DNA of 64,000 bases from an uncultured Acutalibacter sp. GTDB taxonomy: Bacteria > Bacillota > Clostridia > Oscillospirales > Acutalibacteraceae. Position 1 is the stretch's first letter; each line of letters opens with the position of its first letter. Below the pieces are notes generated by a model, which made no database searches, had not been told where the DNA came from, and saw nothing but the letters and a program-made list of their open reading frames with translations. Both the position numbers and the translations under genes were made by a program. Shown piece after piece: positions 35,270 through 44,588 of this stretch. The DNA lies in NCBI GenBank assembly GCA_964602365.1, contig CAZRQD010000001.1, positions 7,944 to 71,943 on the forward strand. Reading direction: 5' to 3'.

Positions 35270-38056
35270 TTACTGGTTATGCATCAGCTTGGAGACGTCC
35301 AGGGTATTGACTATGGCTATCTCCTCCACATTCATACCAGACTGGGCAAAATAGAGCCTTAGGTAGTTTGTCCCGCCAAACAGCATTCCTATGTCCTGCT
35401 CCACCGTGACGGTCTTGCCCTGTGTCCCGTGGATCATGATCATCCCGCGCAGACCGCCGTCTATAAAGATTGACATGGGGATCTGCGCCACCTCGCTCGC
35501 ATTTGCCGAGACTTTCATCACAAGCTTGTACTGCCCCATGACCGTATAGCGCAGGCCAAACATGGTGGAGGCTCCCTTTTCAGTATTCAGCTTGGAGATG
35601 TCAAGAGGGGTTCCGCCGTCTATGTTCTGATAGCTCAGGTCAAAATCCACAAAGTCGTCGCCGGTGCTGTCCTCTGCGGCCTCCCGCTCCTCCTCGCTAA
35701 TCCTGCCAAGGCTGCGCTCCATGACGGGAGAGCGCATGATGGCGTTCAGGATATTTTTGGCGTTTCTGGTAAGCTGGGCCCTGGTTATCGCGCCGCTTTG
35801 CAGCGCCTCACTAAGATTATCATGCTGGCTGTTTGAGAGGGAATCGGCATTTACCATATTGAGGTCGTTCTGCGCGCGCACCTGTGCGGCGACATTGGAG
35901 CGGTCCCCGTCCTTGCCCTCGTCGTTTCCCTTGGCCCACCAGTCTGTCATTACGGCGCCTGTATATCCCCACTCCTCCCTGAGAATGACGGTAAGGGTAT
36001 CGTAGTTTGAGGAGCCGTGCATGCCGTTTATCGGGTTGTAAGAGGACATGAGGAAATATGCCCCGCCCTCTTTAACCGCGATCTCAAAGGCCTTCAAATA
36101 TATCTCCCTAAGCGCCCTCTCTGACAAGACGGCGTTTACCTCATGCCTGTGGGCCTCCTGGTTATTGCAGCAGAAATGTTTGATGGTTCCCGTGACGCCG
36201 TATCTCGCCATTCCCTTAAGCTGGGCCGCAGCCATCTTGCCGGTAAGCAGGGGGTCTTCAGAGAAATACTCGAAATTGCGCCCGTTTAACGGGTTCCTGT
36301 GTATGTTTAACCCCGGCCCTAAGAGGGTATCTATCCTGTTCTTCCTAAGCTCTAACCCCTGCATCTCGAAGAGATCAGAGACCAGGTCCTCATTAAATGT
36401 GCAGGCTAAGAGAGTTCCGTTGGGCAGGCTGAATGCCTTTGTCCCGCAATCCATCCTTATTCCGGAGGGACCATCTGTGCAGCAGGCCACGGGAATGCCG
36501 AGGTTTTTCAGATTTTCCGTGACGCCGCCGAAGGCACCGCCGGTACCGGGCGTTACCTTGGGAGAGTTCATCCCCTCCCCACGGGTCAGGCAAATCAAGT
36601 CCTCATCCGGTATCTGAGAGATAAAGTCGTCAAGTTCCGCCCTGCCGTCATAGACATCGCCAAGTTTTATTCCCCTATCGCCGGTATACGGCACCTCCCC
36701 GGGCATAGAGTCCCTAATACGGTCCTTTAGGGAATATTCGCGCAGGGGGACGTCCTCGCAGTCCTCCGCTAAAACGCCGTTCTCCTCTTTTGGGTGAAGC
36801 CTCTTAAACGGCTTTACAGGGGAGCAGGCCTCTCTGCACTGCTCTGTGAGAATTAGGGATTTCACTTCAAAACTTCCGCTAAGTTCGGCGTTTTCCACGT
36901 CCGTACCGGTATATAGTTTATACTCCCCCGGCTCTAGCACATAGGCCGACTTATGCCCCGTGGCGCCGCCGTCATCGTAGGACGCCAACTGCGATTTCCT
37001 GACCTCAAAGCTTAGGTCGCAGCTCTCCCCCGGGTTTAATGCCGGGGTCTTTGAGAACGCTGCAAGCACCCTCTTAGGCTTCCCAAGCCTGCCCTGCGGA
37101 GCCTCTGAATAGACCTGGACCACCTCTTTGCCGGGAACATCCCCCGTATTTGTGACCCTCACGGTCTCGATGACACTGTTCTCCACATCTTTAAAATCGA
37201 CGATTTTAACAGAGAATTTCGTGTAGGACAGCCCAAAGCCGAACGGGTAGAGGACCCTGTCCTGCCTAAAGGTCTCAAAATAGCGGTAGCCGACATAGAT
37301 ATCGTCTCTATAAATGGATTCTTTTTCCGCGCCGAAGCCCTCTGTTGAGGGGTAGTCTGAGATATCGCAGGCTATGGTATCGCTTAGCTTGCCGCAGGGA
37401 CTCACCCTCCCCAAAAGCACATCAGCCACGCCAGAACCGCCCTCCTGTCCGCCTTGCCAAACATACATGACGGCCGAGGGATTATATTCTTTCACCCATT
37501 TCATGTCGATTATATTTCCGACATTCAGAAGCACTATCACCCTGGAAAACGCATGCGTCACAGAGGCAAGCATCTCCTCCTCTCTCTCTGTAAGGAGGTA
37601 ACTGCCCCGGGTATTGCTGTTATCCTTGTCCTCCCCCGCCGTACGGCCGATTATGACTATGGCGGCGTCGCTCTCAGAGGCGGCGTCTTTCGCAAGCTCA
37701 TCGCTTACGGGCATCTCCTCCTGGCACCACGGCTCCTGCGCCCAGCCCATGCCCTTCTCAAAGGGATGTTCTTTAAGCCAGCCCTCGTATACGCTCTCTA
37801 ACTTCTCATTTACCTCTATCTCCTCGGCAGCCTTAAGCGCATCCAAAATCCCCGTGACATAGCGCGTGTTCACCGCACCGCCAGAGCCGGTCCCGCTTTT
37901 GTAGTAGTCAAACTGAATCCTCCCGAAAACAGAGACCCTCTCCCCGGATTTTAGCGGAAGAGCGCCGCCTTCATTTTTTAGCAGGACACAGCCCTCCGCC
38001 ACCGTCTGCCTTGAAAGCGCTGCGTATTTTTCCCAGTCTATCTTATATCTGTTCAT
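35270..38056 (-). CDS. GH3 beta-glucosidase with inverted domain order and C-terminal beta-sandwich
   Basis: N-terminal EGCVLLKN and fibronectin-III part (GKEVVQVY) precede the catalytic barrel (DGPSGIR, GRNFEYFSEDP, KHF, VMTDWW); start probably ATG 38056. Confidence 0.93.
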   Translation of the reverse strand: MNRYKIDWEKYAALSRQTVAEGCVLLKNEGGALPLKSGERVSVFGRIQFDYYKSGTGSGGAVNTRYVTGILDALKAAEEIEVNEKLESVYEGWLKEHPFEKGMGWAQEPWCQEEMPVSDELAKDAASESDAAIVIIGRTAGEDKDNSNTRGSYLLTEREEEMLASVTHAFSRVIVLLNVGNIIDMKWVKEYNPSAVMYVWQGGQEGGSGVADVLLGRVSPCGKLSDTIACDISDYPSTEGFGAEKESIYRDDIYVGYRYFETFRQDRVLYPFGFGLSYTKFSVKIVDFKDVENSVIETVRVTNTGDVPGKEVVQVYSEAPQGRLGKPKRVLAAFSKTPALNPGESCDLSFEVRKSQLASYDDGGATGHKSAYVLEPGEYKLYTGTDVENAELSGSFEVKSLILTEQCREACSPVKPFKRLHPKEENGVLAEDCEDVPLREYSLKDRIRDSMPGEVPYTGDRGIKLGDVYDGRAELDDFISQIPDEDLICLTRGEGMNSPKVTPGTGGAFGGVTENLKNLGIPVACCTDGPSGIRMDCGTKAFSLPNGTLLACTFNEDLVSDLFEMQGLELRKNRIDTLLGPGLNIHRNPLNGRNFEYFSEDPLLTGKMAAAQLKGMARYGVTGTIKHFCCNNQEAHRHEVNAVLSERALREIYLKAFEIAVKEGGAYFLMSSYNPINGMHGSSNYDTLTVILREEWGYTGAVMTDWWAKGNDEGKDGDRSNVAAQVRAQNDLNMVNADSLSNSQHDNLSEALQSGAITRAQLTRNAKNILNAIMRSPVMERSLGRISEEEREAAEDSTGDDFVDFDLSYQNIDGGTPLDISKLNTEKGASTMFGLRYTVMGQYKLVMKVSANASEVAQIPMSIFIDGGLRGMIMIHGTQGKTVTVEQDIGMLFGGTNYLRLYFAQSGMNVEEIAIVNTLDVSKLMHNQ

Positions 38057-38171
38057 GACCATACTCCCTCCCACGCGAAAACGCGCCAAACTTCATCTTT
38101 ATTCTAATCATACACTTTTTTGCGCGGTTTTTCAAGTATTTTGTGAAAAATACGGGTTCGCCTGAGAAATT

Positions 38172-38915
38172 TCAGACTCGCACTCTTTCTTTAATCTTTC
38201 TCAACACGAGGGGAACACCGTAAAGCAAAAGCCAGCAAAGTCCGGCTATTATTGGCAGACCTATCAGATACCCCGGATTACCGAGATATTTTGCCAGAAG
38301 AGAGAGGGGGTTTCCCTCCCCGGGAGAATTTAGAAAGAAGAAGTTCGTGTCAAGCAGCTTATTTAAAAAGTATATCGGTATAAGAATCCAGAGAAATTTT
38401 GGCAGAAGCCGCAATAGTCTTGAAAACTTAGGCTTGAAGCCGTCCATGAGAACAAGGAGAGGATACAGAAACAGCAAAATATGCGCTGTGAAGTGGTGGA
38501 TTCCCATGGCGCTTAAGGCCGGCAGATATGACCAGCCCGGAAAAAGCAGGGCAAAAAAACTTGCGGGCATGCATATCGCAAAAAGGATTTCCCTGCACCA
38601 TTCCCGCGGGCGCAGGCAGTCCGCCAAGATTACAAAAATATTTATGCTGCAGAGATGCAGGGGCAGGCATCCCCACCAAAATACCCCGGAACGTATAGTC
38701 AGCGCGTATTTGAGAAATTCATCCAGAAAGAGAAGCGCGCAGACCGCTTTCAATATTCTCCTCCTGCCTCTCTCCCCCAAGAGGTGAAAGGCGGTTAGCA
38801 TCGCAGCTATGAAAATCCCCGCGGCAATAAGCCAGAGAATATGCTCCATCCCCCAGAGAGGAAAACCCAGGCCGTCGGGCACGGTGGCGTCGGTAAACCA
38901 GAACCAGTCTTCCAA
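38172..38915 (-). CDS. YwaF / TMEM164-like integral membrane protein
   Basis: Multi-TM; LPLHLCSI, ALLFP, HHFTAH, TNFFFL motifs; TTG start with GGAGG. Confidence 0.8.
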   Translation of the reverse strand: MEDWFWFTDATVPDGLGFPLWGMEHILWLIAAGIFIAAMLTAFHLLGERGRRRILKAVCALLFLDEFLKYALTIRSGVFWWGCLPLHLCSINIFVILADCLRPREWCREILFAICMPASFFALLFPGWSYLPALSAMGIHHFTAHILLFLYPLLVLMDGFKPKFSRLLRLLPKFLWILIPIYFLNKLLDTNFFFLNSPGEGNPLSLLAKYLGNPGYLIGLPIIAGLCWLLLYGVPLVLRKIKERVRV

Positions 38916-38959
38916 ATCTCCGCCTCCCAGCTTTCAAGATAAAAAACTCAACTGAAAAG

Positions 38960-38988
38960 AGTATGAATTAGAAAAAAGCTTTTGTCAA
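38960..38988 (-). promoter_or_regulatory. sigmaA promoter of the ywaF-like gene
   Basis: TTGACA, 17 nt, CATACT on the minus strand. Confidence 0.65.
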
Positions 38989-38993
38989 GAAAT

Positions 38994-39015
38994 TTATCGA
39001 CAAATTTGTCGATAA
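38994..39015. promoter_or_regulatory. Perfect 22-bp palindrome, putative operator
   Basis: TTATCGACAAA|TTTGTCGATAA in a divergent intergenic region. Confidence 0.65.
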
Positions 39016-39107
39016 GGCGGTCTTATGGGAAAAATGGAATAATAACGCTTTAATTTGCTCTCGATCTGTGATATTATGTGAGAGATGAAAGATTGGAGGT
39101 TTTTGCA

Positions 39108-39773
39108 ATGCCGGTAAAAGGGGAAGAACGGATTTTCGCCGGGGTGCTTTTTACCCCGGGTGACAGCGAGCTTGTGGCCATTAAAAAGAGGAGCCATGAC
39201 TTAAGCCAGGAGTACAACTCCACAAAAGAGGAGGAGACGGAGCGCAGGGCCAAGATACTCCATGAGATTTTGCTGGAGTTTGGAGGCGGCTCTATGCAGG
39301 GACCGATCTTTTTCCACTACGGAAAGCATACAAAAATTGGAAAGCGGTTCTTCGCAAACTATGACCTCACGGTCCAGGATGATGCGATGGTAAGCATTGG
39401 GGACGACTGCAACTTCGGCCCTAAGGTCTGTATAGTCACGCCCGTACATCCGATGGTGCCTGAGGAGCGGCTCTTGATGAGAGACCCTGAGGGGAAACCC
39501 TTAAGGGTATGTTATGCCAAGCCCGTCACAATAGGCAATAACTGCTGGCTGGGAGCCGGTGTCATTGTCTGCCCGGGGGTAAGTATTGGGGACTGCTGCG
39601 TTATCGGCGCCGGCAGCGTCGTCACAAGGGACGTCCCCCCAAACAGCTTTGCCGCGGGAAACCCCTGCAGGGTCATAAGGGAAATCACCAAAGAGGATTC
39701 CCTTGTAAACAGGCCGGAGGTCCTTGGGGGATACTCCCCGTATACGGCGGAGGAGATAGAAAGGCTGCGCTGA
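39108..39773 (+). CDS. Sugar (maltose/galactoside-type) O-acetyltransferase
   Basis: PIFFHYGKHTKIG, FANYD, IGDDCNFGP, PVTIGNNCWLGAG, FAAGNPCRVIR; start moved to ATG 39108. Confidence 0.9.
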   Translation: MPVKGEERIFAGVLFTPGDSELVAIKKRSHDLSQEYNSTKEEETERRAKILHEILLEFGGGSMQGPIFFHYGKHTKIGKRFFANYDLTVQDDAMVSIGDDCNFGPKVCIVTPVHPMVPEERLLMRDPEGKPLRVCYAKPVTIGNNCWLGAGVIVCPGVSIGDCCVIGAGSVVTRDVPPNSFAAGNPCRVIREITKEDSLVNRPEVLGGYSPYTAEEIERLR

Positions 39774-39884
39774 GAGATGCGATTGCTTTAGTTTTTTGGG
39801 ATAATCTCACTTTAACTCTTGACATTTTCCGGTTCCTATGGGAAAATCAGAACGTTGGCAAAATTCTGATATGGAGTGTTTTTG

Positions 39885-40334
39885 ATGAAGAAAATTCTAA
39901 ACGAATTTAGGGATTTCATCTCCCGCGGAAATGTCATGGACATGGCGGTAGGCGTTATTGTAGGCGGAGCTTTCACGGCCATAGTCAACTCTCTCGTAGA
40001 CGACCTCATAAACCCCTTGCTGGGCATTATCACCGGCGGGAACAACCTTGCGGAAAAGTCCATAAATATCTTCGGCGCACAGATCATGTACGGGTCGTTT
40101 ATAACGGCTGTCATCAATTTCCTGCTCATCGCGCTGGTTCTCTTCTTCATAGTCAAGGGAATCAATGCCATCCACGAACGGGCCAAGAAGTCAAAGCCGG
40201 CCGAGCCGCCCGCAGCGTCCACCAAGATCTGCCCGTTCTGCAAGAGCGAGATACCGATAGACGCCACCCGCTGCCCCCACTGCACTTCACAGCTTTCGGC
40301 AGAAGAGGAAAAAACTGGGGCGGAAGTCCAATAA
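39885..40334 (+). CDS. mscL: Large-conductance mechanosensitive channel with C-terminal zinc ribbon
   Basis: EFRDFISRGNVMDMAVGVIVGGAF, YGSFITAVINFL; tail CPFCKSEIPIDATRCPHCTSQL. Confidence 0.95.
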   Translation: MKKILNEFRDFISRGNVMDMAVGVIVGGAFTAIVNSLVDDLINPLLGIITGGNNLAEKSINIFGAQIMYGSFITAVINFLLIALVLFFIVKGINAIHERAKKSKPAEPPAASTKICPFCKSEIPIDATRCPHCTSQLSAEEEKTGAEVQ

Positions 40335-40448
40335 GATTTGTACAGATTAACCGGCGGCAAACCTGCAAAATGGTATTGTCGCCGGCTTTCTTTTGTGCTA
40401 AGATAGGTAATCAAAATCTGTCATTTTCCTGGTGAAAAGGGCTTTAAT

Positions 40449-41816
40449 ATGAAAATCGTTATTGTAGGCGATGGAAAAGTCGGTTCGGCGCTGACTGCGC
40501 AGTTGGCGCAGGACGGACATGACGTGGTGGTGATTGACAGCAATCGCATGGTTTTGCAGGAGACGCAGCAGAATCTGGACGTCAGCGTAGTCCATGGAAA
40601 CGGGGCTGTGATGCGAGTGCAGCAGATGGCAGACGTGGCGAACAGCGGCCTTCTGATAGCCGCGACCAGTGCGGATGAGACAAACCTTCTCTGCTGCCTG
40701 ATGGCAAGAATCCTGGGCTGCCCAAGGACCATAGCCCGCGTGAGGAACCCCGAGTATTTCAGCCAGCTAAACCTCCTGCAGAAGGAATTGGGGCTTAGCA
40801 TGTATATCAACCCTGACAGGGCTACCGCAAGCGAAATCTTCAGACTGCTGCAGTTTCCCAGTTTTATCAAGCGCGACGCTTTCGCGAAGGGCCGTGCCGA
40901 GATAGTGGAACTGGAAGTCAGAAAGGGAAGTCCGCTGGACGGCCTCTCCCTAGTGGATCTGCCAAAGACCCTAAACGTGAAGGTTCTTGTCTGCGCCGTC
41001 TTAAGGCAGAACAGGCCTTATGTCTCGAGACTGGGTTCCTTTACTCTCACTGCGGGGGACCGGATTTCCGTCACTGCACCGACCTCTGAACTCGCCAAGT
41101 TCCTGCGCAACCTGGGCGTGGAGCGGAGAAAGATCAAGGACGTCGTGATAGTCGGGGGCAGCCGAATAGCGGTATACCTGGCCATGGAACTTCTGGAGAA
41201 TGGGATAAAGGTCACGCTCTTCGACATTGACGAGAACCGCTGCAATGAACTGGCGGGAGCCCTTCCGAAGGCGACGATCATAAACGCCGACGGCTCTGAC
41301 AGAAATATCCTGGATGCCGAGGGAGTAGGAGAGGCTGACGCGGTCATCACCCTCACAGATATAGACGAGGTGAACCTTATAATCTCCATGTATGCGAACT
41401 ATCTGGGGGTATACAGGGTCATAACCAAGATAAACCGAACTGATTTTAACGAGGTCCTAAACGACAAGGGAATAGACTGCATGGTCAGCCCGAAAGAGCT
41501 GGTCTGCACTGATATCTTAAGATACGTAAGGGCCATGGACAACCGCAAGGGCGAGACCATGGTCTCCATGCACCGCATAGCGGACGACAGGGTGGAGGCG
41601 ATGGAATTCTCAGTGAAATACGGCATGCCCAACCTTGGGGTACGGCTAAGCGACCTAAAGTTAAAGCCGAATACGCTTGTCGCGTGCATTTTCAGGAAGG
41701 GCAGGGTTATAATCCCCAGCGGCACCGATACCATCGAACCAGAGGACAGTGTAGTGATAGTATCATTAAGCGAGCAGGGTATTAACAGCCTGGAAGACAT
41801 TTTTTTGGAGGCTTAG
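40449..41816 (+). CDS. trkA: Trk potassium uptake gating subunit
   Basis: Two RCK_N (IVIVGDGKVG; VIVGGSRIA) and two RCK_C domains. Confidence 0.93.
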   Translation: MKIVIVGDGKVGSALTAQLAQDGHDVVVIDSNRMVLQETQQNLDVSVVHGNGAVMRVQQMADVANSGLLIAATSADETNLLCCLMARILGCPRTIARVRNPEYFSQLNLLQKELGLSMYINPDRATASEIFRLLQFPSFIKRDAFAKGRAEIVELEVRKGSPLDGLSLVDLPKTLNVKVLVCAVLRQNRPYVSRLGSFTLTAGDRISVTAPTSELAKFLRNLGVERRKIKDVVIVGGSRIAVYLAMELLENGIKVTLFDIDENRCNELAGALPKATIINADGSDRNILDAEGVGEADAVITLTDIDEVNLIISMYANYLGVYRVITKINRTDFNEVLNDKGIDCMVSPKELVCTDILRYVRAMDNRKGETMVSMHRIADDRVEAMEFSVKYGMPNLGVRLSDLKLKPNTLVACIFRKGRVIIPSGTDTIEPEDSVVIVSLSEQGINSLEDIFLEA

Positions 41817-41819
41817 CGC

Positions 41820-43268
41820 ATGAACCGAAGAATGATTTTCCAGTTATTATGTTATATCCTACGCATAGAGGCTCTCTGCTTACTCCCGGCTGCCGCCGTC
41901 TCTCTGATATACCGCGAATTCTACCCCGCGCTGATAATGGTCCTCTGTGCAGCGGGGATAGCGGCGATAAGCCTGCTTGGATATGCCTTTCGGCCTAAGA
42001 CCAGGCAGATAGGCGCGCAAGAGGGTTTTGTAAGCGTGGCGCTCTGCTGGATTTTTGTCTCTGCCTTCGGTGCGATGCCGTTTTATATAAGCGGGGCCAT
42101 TCCCCACTATGTCGACGCGCTCTTCGAGACCGTCTCGGGCTTCACCACAACGGGGGCCAGCATTCTCTCTGATGTGGAGGCAATGCCAAAGGGCCTGCTC
42201 TACTGGAGGAGCTTTACCCACTGGCTGGGCGGCATGGGCGTGCTGGTCTTTCTTCTTGCGGTGGTCTCCATGGGAAAGGGAAGAAATTCCCTTTTGCATG
42301 TGATGAGGGCAGAGAGCCCGGGGCCGCAGGTTGATAAGCTGGTCCCAAGGCTGCAAAATAGCGCGAAAATCCTCTATTCCATCTATGTGGTTATGACTGT
42401 CGCGCAGGTGGTTTTTCTGCTTTTGGGAGGAATGCCGCTTTTTGACAGCATCTGCACGGCCTTCGGCACCGCCGGCACCGGAGGGTTCGGTGTAAAAAAC
42501 GACAGCATGGCCTCCTACAGCCCATACCTGCAAAATGTCTGCACGATTTTCATGGCGCTTTTTGGCGTAAATTTCAGCATTTATTATCTCTTCCTGCTCA
42601 AGCAGTTTACGAAGGCTTTCAAAAATCAGGAGTTTCTCGCGTACTTTGGCATAATGGGGGCGGCCGTGGCGATAATCTCCTTTAATATCCGCCCGCTCTT
42701 TAACAGCATCTGGGACGCCATACACCACGCGGCCTTCACCGTCTCATCCATAATGACGACCACAGGGTTCGCTACGGTGGATTTCAACCTCTGGCCGCCG
42801 CTTTCAAAGATCCTTCTCATACTCCTCATGATAATCGGAGCGTGCGCAGGCTCTACAGGCGGCGGGATAAAGGTGGCGAGGCTCCTGCTGATAGTCAAGG
42901 GTACCCGCAGGAGCATCAAGCGCATGCTTCGTCCGCGCTCTGTAGTGACTGTGCAGATGGACGGAAGCAAAGTCGAGGACGACGTCATGTGGAACACCTT
43001 CTCCTACCTCACGGTCTACGTGATAATGGCGTCCATATCCATACTGATCGTATCAATAGATGGAAATGACATAGAGACGAACATCTCAGCCGTCATGGCC
43101 TGTCTTAACAATATAGGTCCCGGCCTGGGTGCGGTTGGCCCGACGGCGAACTACGGCCATTTTTCCGACCTGTCCAAACTGACGCTAACCTTTAATATGC
43201 TAGCCGGAAGGCTTGAGATCTTCCCGCTGCTCATGCTCTTTATTCCCTCAGCGTGGAGAAGAGGCTGA
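41820..43268 (+). CDS. trkH: Trk potassium uptake membrane subunit
   Basis: P-loops FETVSGFTTTG, GTAGTGGF, SIMTTTGF, CLNNIGPGL; GACAGSTGGGIK, GRLEIF. Confidence 0.95.
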   Translation: MNRRMIFQLLCYILRIEALCLLPAAAVSLIYREFYPALIMVLCAAGIAAISLLGYAFRPKTRQIGAQEGFVSVALCWIFVSAFGAMPFYISGAIPHYVDALFETVSGFTTTGASILSDVEAMPKGLLYWRSFTHWLGGMGVLVFLLAVVSMGKGRNSLLHVMRAESPGPQVDKLVPRLQNSAKILYSIYVVMTVAQVVFLLLGGMPLFDSICTAFGTAGTGGFGVKNDSMASYSPYLQNVCTIFMALFGVNFSIYYLFLLKQFTKAFKNQEFLAYFGIMGAAVAIISFNIRPLFNSIWDAIHHAAFTVSSIMTTTGFATVDFNLWPPLSKILLILLMIIGACAGSTGGGIKVARLLLIVKGTRRSIKRMLRPRSVVTVQMDGSKVEDDVMWNTFSYLTVYVIMASISILIVSIDGNDIETNISAVMACLNNIGPGLGAVGPTANYGHFSDLSKLTLTFNMLAGRLEIFPLLMLFIPSAWRRG

Positions 43269-43306
43269 AAAAACACCCGGAGCGGTCTCCGGGCGTTTTT
43301 ATTTTT
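43268..43306. terminator. Bidirectional terminator between trkH and folC
   Basis: AAAAAACACCCGGAG-cggt-CTCCGGGCGTTTTT. Confidence 0.65.
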
Positions 43307-44588
43307 TTCCAAACCTTTCCAAAAGCAGCGGCCGCATCTCCGCGGCAAGATAGAACGAGCCGCAAATGATATATGAAAGGTCTTCACCTTCTCCCGCGGT
43401 GAGAAGCTCAAGCGCATCCCCGGGGGTTTTTGCTGCCAAAACATCGGGGCAAAATTCCAAAGCCTCTTCCCTGAACCTCTCTGCGTCCAGCGCACGGGGG
43501 TTATCGGGTTTAACCGTGATAATTTTCTTAAAGAGCGGGGCAAGAAGTCTGAGATATTCCCTGCTGTCCTTGTCCTCCATAATTCCCATTAAAGCGGCTT
43601 TTTTGCCGGGTACAAAGGAGTTTAGCGCATCTCTTAGCGCCGCAGCGCAGCCGGGGTTATGCCCGCCGTCTAGGAGCACAAGCGGCTTTTCAGAGATGAT
43701 CTCCATCCTGGCAGGAATGAAAGCCCTCTCAAAACCGGACCTTATTTTCTCTTTAGGGAGCTTAAACCCGCGCTCTCTCAGCACATCCAGGGCAAGCAGG
43801 GCAGTTGCGGCATTCTTTACCTGATGTTCCCCCAAAAACGGGGTTTTGAAAACTTCGCCGTCCGCCTCAAATTCTGTTCCGTAAACCGACGAGCCGATTG
43901 TCTCTATGCCCTTGAGGTAGGGGATATACATCTGGGCCTCCCTCTCCCGGCAGACAGTCCTGAAGACCTGCCAGACGGCAGCGTCCTGCTCCGGATAGAA
44001 GACGACCCTTCCGCCGGGTTTAATGATGCCCGCTTTTTCATAGGCAATCTCGGCTAAGGTGCCGCCAAGGACTGCGGTATGGTCTAGAGAGATCGACATT
44101 ATGACCGCGGCCTCGGGGGTATCTATCACGTTTGTGGCGTCAAACCTTCCGCCCAAGCCAACCTCTAGGACGACAATATCACAGTTTTTACGCCTAAACC
44201 AGTCGAAGGCCAAAGCGGTTATAAACTCGAATTCTGTGAAGGTCTCCCCGCTTGCCTCAAGATCGCCCGCAGCGCGGGATACGATCTCAACCTCAGCTAT
44301 CAGTTCCTCTTTAGAGATCATCTCGCCGTCAACCTGAAAGCGCTCTCTGAAATCCAGAACATACGGCGAGGTATATAGCCCGACCCTGTACCCGCTCTCC
44401 TTCAGAGCGGAAGAGATAAGAGCACAGGCGGTTCCCTTCCCGTTTGTCCCCGCCACATGGACAAACTTGAGGTCCTTTTGCGGGCTGCCAAGTTTTTCGG
44501 TAAGGGCAGTTATCCTCTCTAATCCGGGTTTTACACCAAAACGCAGGCGGCGGTTAACCTCTACCAAAGCGTCCTCATAGTTCATCAC
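43299..44588 (-). CDS. folC: Folylpolyglutamate synthase/dihydrofolate synthase
   Basis: HVAGTNGKG, YTSPY, LEVGLGGRFDATN, DHTAVLG, HQVKNA, LDGGHNP. Confidence 0.95.
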   Translation of the reverse strand: MMNYEDALVEVNRRLRFGVKPGLERITALTEKLGSPQKDLKFVHVAGTNGKGTACALISSALKESGYRVGLYTSPYVLDFRERFQVDGEMISKEELIAEVEIVSRAAGDLEASGETFTEFEFITALAFDWFRRKNCDIVVLEVGLGGRFDATNVIDTPEAAVIMSISLDHTAVLGGTLAEIAYEKAGIIKPGGRVVFYPEQDAAVWQVFRTVCREREAQMYIPYLKGIETIGSSVYGTEFEADGEVFKTPFLGEHQVKNAATALLALDVLRERGFKLPKEKIRSGFERAFIPARMEIISEKPLVLLDGGHNPGCAAALRDALNSFVPGKKAALMGIMEDKDSREYLRLLAPLFKKIITVKPDNPRALDAERFREEALEFCPDVLAAKTPGDALELLTAGEGEDLSYIICGSFYLAAEMRPLLLERFGKK

